64,000 bases of DNA from Eledone cirrhosa (lineage: Eukaryota). Made by a program: the position numbers and the translations under genes. Where the stretch lies: the NCBI GenBank assembly GCA_964016885.1, contig OZ024741.1, positions 342,674,001 to 342,738,000 of the forward strand, in the 5' to 3' direction. The notes beneath the pieces are model-generated. The model ran no database searches and had not been told where the DNA came from. It saw only the letters and a list, made by a program, of their open reading frames with translations. Positions 56,159 through 64,000 of this stretch are shown one piece after another (the first letter of the stretch is position 1; every line of letters begins with the position of its first letter).

Positions 56159-57274
56159 TATATTTATCTGAAGCCATGGAATAGCCTACACAAATCTTTT
56201 GGATACAAAGTAAAATACTCAGTAAAATATTGTGGCAGATTAGCTACAGTCTACAGTTACAGATGTAAATTTCATGAAAATGAACCAATAGAAAACCAGA
56301 ATTTATGGGTAACACTCTTCATAACTAAATAACTCCAGCAACAGAAATTTCAATGTAAATTTTAAGAACAACAAACAACGGCAATAACAACAACATTAAC
56401 AGTTGTTCGACACTCTAACCACATTGCCAATCTACGAGGGTCGACTGAAAATTCCTAGGTTAAAACGTTCATAGGCTGACTAAGATACTCTCATGGTATG
56501 ACCAAATGAGGTTTATTTTTCAACATAGTCCCTGGAAAGAAACAATTCAGTTATAAATAAGAAGAGTTGAAATGAATGCATGCAAGATTTCACAGCTCTA
56601 GTATCATTCCTTCATAATCAGCCAATGAACAATTCAGCCTATCCTTGTACTAATGTTAGAAACAATTATAATAAAACGTAAAGAGGAGAAACAATACCAA
56701 CAACAACTAAAAGAGCATCAACATAATAACAACAACATCAACTATAACAACAATAGCATTATGAGACAAAAGACTAGGAAAAACACTTTTAAATACATTA
56801 TTTCCCCCCCCCCCCCCCCTAAAAAACACACAAACAAATTTGGATTAGTTAATATCGATAAAGTTATCTCCCTTATTTTATATTGACATTTGAAATATTC
56901 TGATAGAGAGTTTCTGTTTTCTAATTGCATGGATAGTCACAGTTAATCGAATATTTTCTACTCATTAGATTGCATACTGCATGAAAACAACCATCACAAT
57001 AACGTGGGAGACCCTGCTTTGTCGCTCTACTTGCTAGATAAAGCAGTCAAATCACCCCTAAATCACACAATACCATTTTAGGAAATAAAAGTAGGCAGAT
57101 ATTTAACAATGTAGGTCGTAGATATACAAAGAAGAATGGATAGTTAGTGCTGAAACATCTTTTATCTTAGGTCTACTCTTTTCCTCCCCCGGTTCTTTCT
57201 CTCTTTCCCTCCTCTCTATCTCTCGTTGCACTTATCTATCATATTTCCTCATCTTTTAATACTTGTGTTCCCAT

Positions 57275-58110
57275 AACATCACCACCACAAACGCCACCAT
57301 CACCATTATCACCACCATCACTACCACCACCACCACCACCACCACAACCACCACCGTCACCATTATCAACACCATCACTACCACCACTACCACCACAAAC
57401 GCCACCATCACCATTATCACCACCATCACTACCACCACAACCACCACAAACGCCACCATCACCATTATCACCACCATCACTACCACCACCACCACCACAA
57501 CCACCACCGTCACCATTATCACCACCACCACTACCACTACCACCACCACCACAACCACCACCATCACCATTATCACCACCACCACTACCACTACCACCAC
57601 CACCACAACCACCACCACCACCATTATCACCAGCCACCACCGCCAACACCAAGACGCCGCCGCTACCAACACCAACATCACCACCACCATCACCACGACA
57701 ACCACCACCACCATCACCATTACCACCACTACAGCCACAACCGAGCCGCCGCCACCAACACCACCACCACTACCACCATTACCACCACAACCACCACCAC
57801 AACCACTGCCAGAACAACCACCACTACCTCTGAGACGCCGCCGCCACACCAATACCAACACCAGCATCACCACCACCGTCGCCGTCCACCACCACCATCC
57901 CCACCACACCACCACCGAGACGCCGCCGCCACCAACACCAGCATCACCACCACCGTCGCCGTCCACCACCACCACCATCCCCACCACACCACCACCGAGC
58001 CGCCGCCGCCACCAACACCAGCATCACCACCACCGTCGCCGTCCACCACCACCACCATCCCCACCACACCCCCACTGAGCCGCCGCCGCCGCCACCAACA
58101 CCACTCCAAC
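57275..58110. repeat. (CAC)n-derived minisatellites with higher-order units
   Basis: Repeating caccattatcaccaccatcactaccacc and caccaccaccgtcgccgtccaccacc blocks. Confidence 0.9.
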
Positions 58111-58243
58111 TACATTTCCACTGTTCTGCTCTTTCCCCAAGCTCCCCTCTTCATCTTTCCTGCCGTCATTTCCCAAATGTGGTGGCGAAAATGTTGGCCT
58201 TCCAGAAAATCTTCTGTATGTGATGTGTAACACACACACACGC

Positions 58244-58367
<124 letters not shown>

Positions 58368-58475
58368 GGTACTCATGTATATTCATTTGTGCACTCACAC
58401 ACACAGTGTGTGTGTGCATGTACGTATGAGTATGCATGTACGTATATATATTTAAGCCTTTGTACATATACCTGC

Positions 58476-58564
<89 letters not shown>

Positions 58565-58606
58565 TCTACCGATTGAGTTGTTATTTCTGTTTACCTTTTA
58601 CACATG

Positions 58607-58697
<91 letters not shown>

Positions 58698-58712
58698 GTA
58701 TATATATATATG

Positions 58713-58775
<63 letters not shown>

Positions 58776-59435
58776 ATATATATATACAAATATATATACA
58801 CAAATATATATGTACACTCACACACACACATATATATAAATATATATGTGTGTGTGTGCGCGTGCGTGTATGTAGGAGTGTGTGTGTGTGTGTGTAGGTG
58901 CATGTGTGTGCTTGTATATAGATTTTGATTATTTATAATGTACATCTAAATTATATATATACGTATGTAAAATCTGAGTGGAATTTTGTTGCAGAAAGCT
59001 TCGTTATTTTCACTGTTGAATAGGAATATTTTCACCTTAGGTTTGTTTCTTCAATAATGCAAAGAGTATCCTGCCATCTTGCAAGCTTGGCAAGATAGAT
59101 CATATTCCCATTTGAAGCCAACTCACTTCAAATATACGCAGCTCATATCTATAGGGATTGCAATCTCTCGTGTTTTGTCCTACATACTTAGGTCTTTGTA
59201 TGAAAGTTATAGGGAATGCATATTTGCAAGCAGATTTACTGAACAACAGTGCTTTTGTATGAAGTATGCTTGTCTGTCGACACAAAATACACAAAGATGC
59301 ACACACACACACCCACCACACACACACACACACACACACGCATATATATATATACATATACATACATTTAGTCAGTTTCGATTAACTTTGCACTGTATAT
59401 TTATACATGTATGAGCACGTATCTCTCTCTCTCTC

Positions 59436-59527
<92 letters not shown>

Positions 59528-59597
59528 TATAGATATTTATATATATATCCACACACACATACACACACACTTACTTGTACGTGTACTTGTGTCGACA

Positions 59598-60390
59598 TTC
59601 ACCCTGGACGGGTTGAGCCGGCTTCTTCCCTTGTCCTGACGGCATCCTGAACCATGGCAGCCCATGCACGACGGTCCCGGGCTAGGTCACTGGAGATAGC
59701 GAGCCAGTCACGGTTCCATTGGCGCAGGCCGACCACCTGCGGACCTGAGAGTTCGGAGAGGTCCTCCTTGATTATCGTTGCCCAGGTCTTCAGCTGCCCG
59801 CCAACGCTCTTGCGCCAGTTAGGGAGTGGAGGTGGGCGGAGAACATCGCGGATCAGCTCACCCTCAGGGTACCGGGCTGCGTGACCAAACCATCCCAAGC
59901 GCCGTTGCAGAAACACTGAAGGAAGGGGTCGAAGATTCAGGCGAAGACGAATACTGGTGGTAGGTACCCGATCAACGCGTCGGCAGCGAAGAATGCGGCG
60001 GAGACAGTCTTTGTCGAAGACCTCCAGCCCTCGTTGATCGACTACCCTCACAGGCCATGTTTCACAGCCATAGAGGAGGATAGTGCGAATGACGGCCTGG
60101 TAGATTCACCCTTTGGTCGCCAAGGTGATCTCTCTTCTGTCCCACAGAGACCACTGGAGGCGCCCAAAAGCGGATCTGGCAGCACCTATGCGACGTTTGA
60201 CCTCGGCAGCTGCACCCTGTCCCGTTGGAACCACTGTTGAGCCCAGGTAAACGAAGGACTCCACATCCTCCAGGTCTACGCCCTCGATAGATATTGGCTG
60301 CCAGGCATCAGGCGAGACCAGTGACGTCATGACTTTCGACTTGGCGGCATTGATTCGTAGACCAACAGCGGCGGCTGCAGTGTGCACCCC
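59598..60390 (-). mobile_element. RTE-clade LINE 3' fragment (5'-truncated, frameshifted)
   Basis: GLRINAAKSKVM..FVYLGS..ARSAFGRL; FDKDCLRRIL..WFGHAAR..GGQLKTW. Confidence 0.88.
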
Positions 60391-60394
60391 CCTC

Positions 60395-60445
<51 letters not shown>

Positions 60446-60589
60446 TATGTGTATGTGTGTATGTGTGGAAAATATCAATAAGTGTAAAACACGAAAAAAA
60501 AAGGGAAAGAGTGCTCAAACAGAAAGAGAGCTGATATATTATATTATGTATAAAGGATCGATCGACTATCGTCAAACCGGACCGAGGAA

Positions 60590-60768
60590 ACAATGTTTCC
60601 GTTGGTCTTTCCAGTTGCTAGTACTATCTATCGGTCGCAACTCCAGGTAGGAGGAGCAGCGTGAAATAAAGTGTCTTGCTCAAGGACATAACGCATCGCC
60701 CGGTCCAGGAATCGAACTCACAACCTCAACATTGTGAATCCAATTCTCTAACCACTCAGCCACACGCC
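60590..60768 (-). mobile_element. CORE-type tRNA SINE
   Basis: Minus strand ggcgtgtggctgagtggttagag..gttcgattcctgg..gtccttgagcaagacactttatttcac. Confidence 0.8.
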
Positions 60769-61039
60769 TATTATGTATTTATGTCCATATTTGGAACAAA
60801 AGCGCTACCTAATGTTTCAAGGCTATATTTTGACCATATCTCCAGATTGCAAGAGGGATCAAAATTGCGATCTAATCTTTAGGTACTTATACGAGTTTTT
60901 AAGATATCGTTAAAAGTATAGCATGCTGAAAAGTTAGTTTACGAAAAACGTATTATATCAAAGGGAAATAACTCAAATATGTCAATTTGAAATAGCAGAC
61001 ATACACGTGTTAGTATTCATGTGTTATAGCAGCTGTATA

Positions 61040-63821
61040 GTATTATGTGGTGGTATGTAATACAGAGATGGTAGTGTTAAGGTATGGAGTAGAGTGGTAT
61101 AGAAGGTGTACTGTATTGTGTGGTGGTATGTAATACAGAGATGGTAGTGTTAAGGTATGGAGTAGAGTGGTATAGAAGGTGTACTGTATTGTGTGGTGGT
61201 ATGTAATACAGAGATGGTAGTGTTAAGGTATGGAGTAGAGTGGTATAGAAGGTGTACTGTATTATGTGGTGGTATGTAATACAGAGATGGTAGTGTTAAG
61301 GTATGGAGTAGAGTGGTATAGAAGGTGTACTGTATTATGTGGTGGTATGTAATACAGAGATGGTAGTATTAAGGTATGGAGTAGAGTGGTATAGAAGGTG
61401 TACTGTATTGTGTGGTGGTATGTAATACAGAGATGGTAGTGTTAAGGTATGGAGTAGAGTGGTATAGAAGGTGTACTGTATTGTGTGGTGGTATGTAATA
61501 CAGAGATGGTAGTGTTAAGGTATGGAGTAGAGTGGTATAGAAGGTGTATAGTATTATGTGGTGGTATGTAATACAGAGATGGTAGTGTTAAGGTATGGAG
61601 TAGAGTGGTATAGAAGGTGTACTGTATTGTGTGGTGGTATGTAATACAGAGATGGTAGTGTTAAGGTATGGAGTAGAGTGGTATAGAAGGTGTACTGTAT
61701 TGTGTGGTGGTATGTAATACAGAGATGGTAGTGTTAAGGTATGGAGTAGAGTGGTATAGAAGGTGTACTGTATTATGTGGTGGTATGTAATATAGAGATG
61801 GTAGTGTTAAGGTATGGAGTAGAGTGGTATAGAAGGTGTACTGTATTATGTGGTGGTATGTAATACAGAGATGGTAGTGTTAAGGTATGGAGTAGAGTGG
61901 TATAGAAGGTGTACTGTATTATGTGGTGGTATGTAATACAGAGATGGTAGTGTTAAGGTATGGAGTAGAGTGGTATAGAAGGTATACTGTATTGTGTGGT
62001 GGTATGTAATACAGAGATGGTAGTATTAAGGTATGGAGTAGAGTGGTATAGAAGGTATACTGTATTGTGTGGTGGTATGTAATACAGAGATGGTAGTGTT
62101 AAGGTATGGAGTAGAGTGGTATAGAAGGTGTACTGTATTGTGTGGTGGTATGTAATACAGAGATGGTAGTGTTAAGGTATGGAGTAGAGTGGTATAGAAG
62201 GTGTACTGTATTGTGTGGTGGTATGTAATATAGAGATGGTAGTGTTAAGGTATGGAGTAGAGTGGTATAGAAGGTGTATAGTATTGTGTGGTGGTATGTA
62301 ATACAGAGATGGTAGTGTTAAGGTATGGAGTAGAGTGGTATAGAAGGTGTACTGTATTATGTGGTGGTATGTAATATAGAGATGGTAGTGTTAAGGTATG
62401 GAGTAGAGTGGTATAGAAGGTGTACTGTATTGTGTGGTGGTATGTAATACAGAGATGGTAGTGTTAAGGTATGGAGTAGAGTGGTATAGAAGGTGTACTG
62501 TATTGTGTGGTGGTATGTAATACAGAGATGGTAGTGTTAAGGTATGGAGTAGAGTGGTATAGAAGGTGTACTGTATTGTGTGGTGGTATGTAATACAGAG
62601 ATGGTAGTGTTAAGGTATGGAGTAGAGTGGTATAGAAGGTGTACTGTATTGTGTGGTGGTATGTAATACAGAGATGGTAGTGTTAAGGTATGGAGTAGAG
62701 TGGTATAGAAGGTGTACTGTATTGTGTGGTGGTATGTAATACAGAGATGGTAGTGTTAAGGTATGGAGTAGAGTGGTATAGAAGGTGTACTGTATTGTGT
62801 GGTGGTATGTAATACAGAGATGGTAGTGTTAAGGTATGGAGTAGAGTGGTATAGAAGGTGTACTGTATTATGTGGTGGTATGTAATATAGAGATGGTAGT
62901 GTTAAGGTATGGAGTAGAGTGGTATAGAAGGTGTACTGTATTGTGTGGTGGTATGTAATACAGAGATGGTAGTGTTAAGGTATGGAGTAGAGTGGTATAG
63001 AAGGTGTACTGTATTGTGTGGTGGTATGTAATACAGAGATGGTAGTGTTAAGGTATGGAGTAGAGTGGTATAGAAGGTGTACTGTATTATGTGGTGGTAT
63101 GTAATATAGAGATGGTAGTGTTAAGGTATGGAGTAGAGTGGTATAGAAGGTGTACTGTATTATGTGGTGGTATGTAATATAGAGATGGTAGTGTTAAGGT
63201 ATGGAGTAGAGTGGTATAGAAGGTGTACTGTATTGTGTGGTGGTATGTAATACAGAGATGGTAGTGTTAAGGTATGGAGTAGAGTGGTATAGAAGGTGTA
63301 CTGTATTGTGTGGTGGTATGTAATACAGAGATGGTAGTGTTAAGGTATGGAGTAGAGTGGTATAGAAGGTGTACTGTATTATGTGGTGGTATGTAATATA
63401 GAGATGGTAGTGTTAAGGTATGGAGTAGAGTGGTATAGAAGGTGTACTGTATTATGTGGTGGTATGTAATATAGAGATGGTAGTGTTAAGGTATGGAGTA
63501 GAGTGGTATAGAAGGTGTACTGTATTGTGTGGTGGTATGTAATACAGAGATGGTAGTGTTAAGGTATGGAGTAGAGTGGTATAGAAGGTGTACTGTATTG
63601 TGTGGTGGTATGTAATACAGAGATGGTAGTATTAAGGTATGGAGTAGAGTGGTATAGAAGGTGTACTGTATTGTGTGGTGGTATGTAATATAGAGATGGT
63701 AGTGTTAAGGTATGGAGTAGAGTGGTATAGAAGGTGTACTGTATTGTGTGGTGGTATGTAATACAGAGATGGTAGTGTTAAGGTATGGAGTAGAGTGGTA
63801 TAGAAGGTGTACTGTATTATG
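61040..63821. repeat. 73-bp satellite array, about 38 copies
   Basis: Unit tgtattgtgtggtggtatgtaatacagagatggtagtgttaaggtatggagtagagtggtatagaaggtgtac; period 73 measured (61081 to 61154). Confidence 0.98.
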
Positions 63822-64000
63822 TAAGAGTGGAAAAAGTAAGAGAAAAATATATTAAGAAAGTATATAAATCAAATTAAGGTGGTTGAAAATCAGTTGAAGT
63901 TGTTGAGTATTTCTTCTTCTTCTTCTTCTTCTTCTTTCGATATACAAATCACCGCCACATCCCCCATCCACATTGAAATCGAGAGAACGTTCCCCTACCC

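Noticed and set aside
61040-63821. CRISPR array
   Set aside because: Head-to-tail identical units with no variable spacers and no cas genes, in a eukaryotic context.

Overview
Repeat-saturated, AT-rich eukaryotic DNA. The SINE, LINE and microsatellite content strongly suggests an octopod cephalopod. No host protein-coding gene can be supported, and nearly all ORFs in the track are microsatellite artefacts. Main contents: (1) a near full-length Tx1/L1-clade LINE (30264-36254) and a 5'-truncated sister copy (1-1370), both abutting (ATT)n; (2) an internally deleted RTE element (12272-13515) whose 5' end is a complete HDV-like ribozyme fold; (3) many short Penelope-like (PLE) derivatives, mostly in (TA)n tracts, carrying about 16 type I hammerhead ribozyme (HHR) motifs from about 10 sequence-distinct families, arranged as long palindromes or 300-420 bp tandem repeats, plus one PLE coding fragment; (4) tRNA-type SINEs, mariner/hAT MITEs, a Helitron-like element, RTE and R4 remnants, and a 73-bp satellite array (about 61040-63820). 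All ribozyme calls come from manual folding and are untested.
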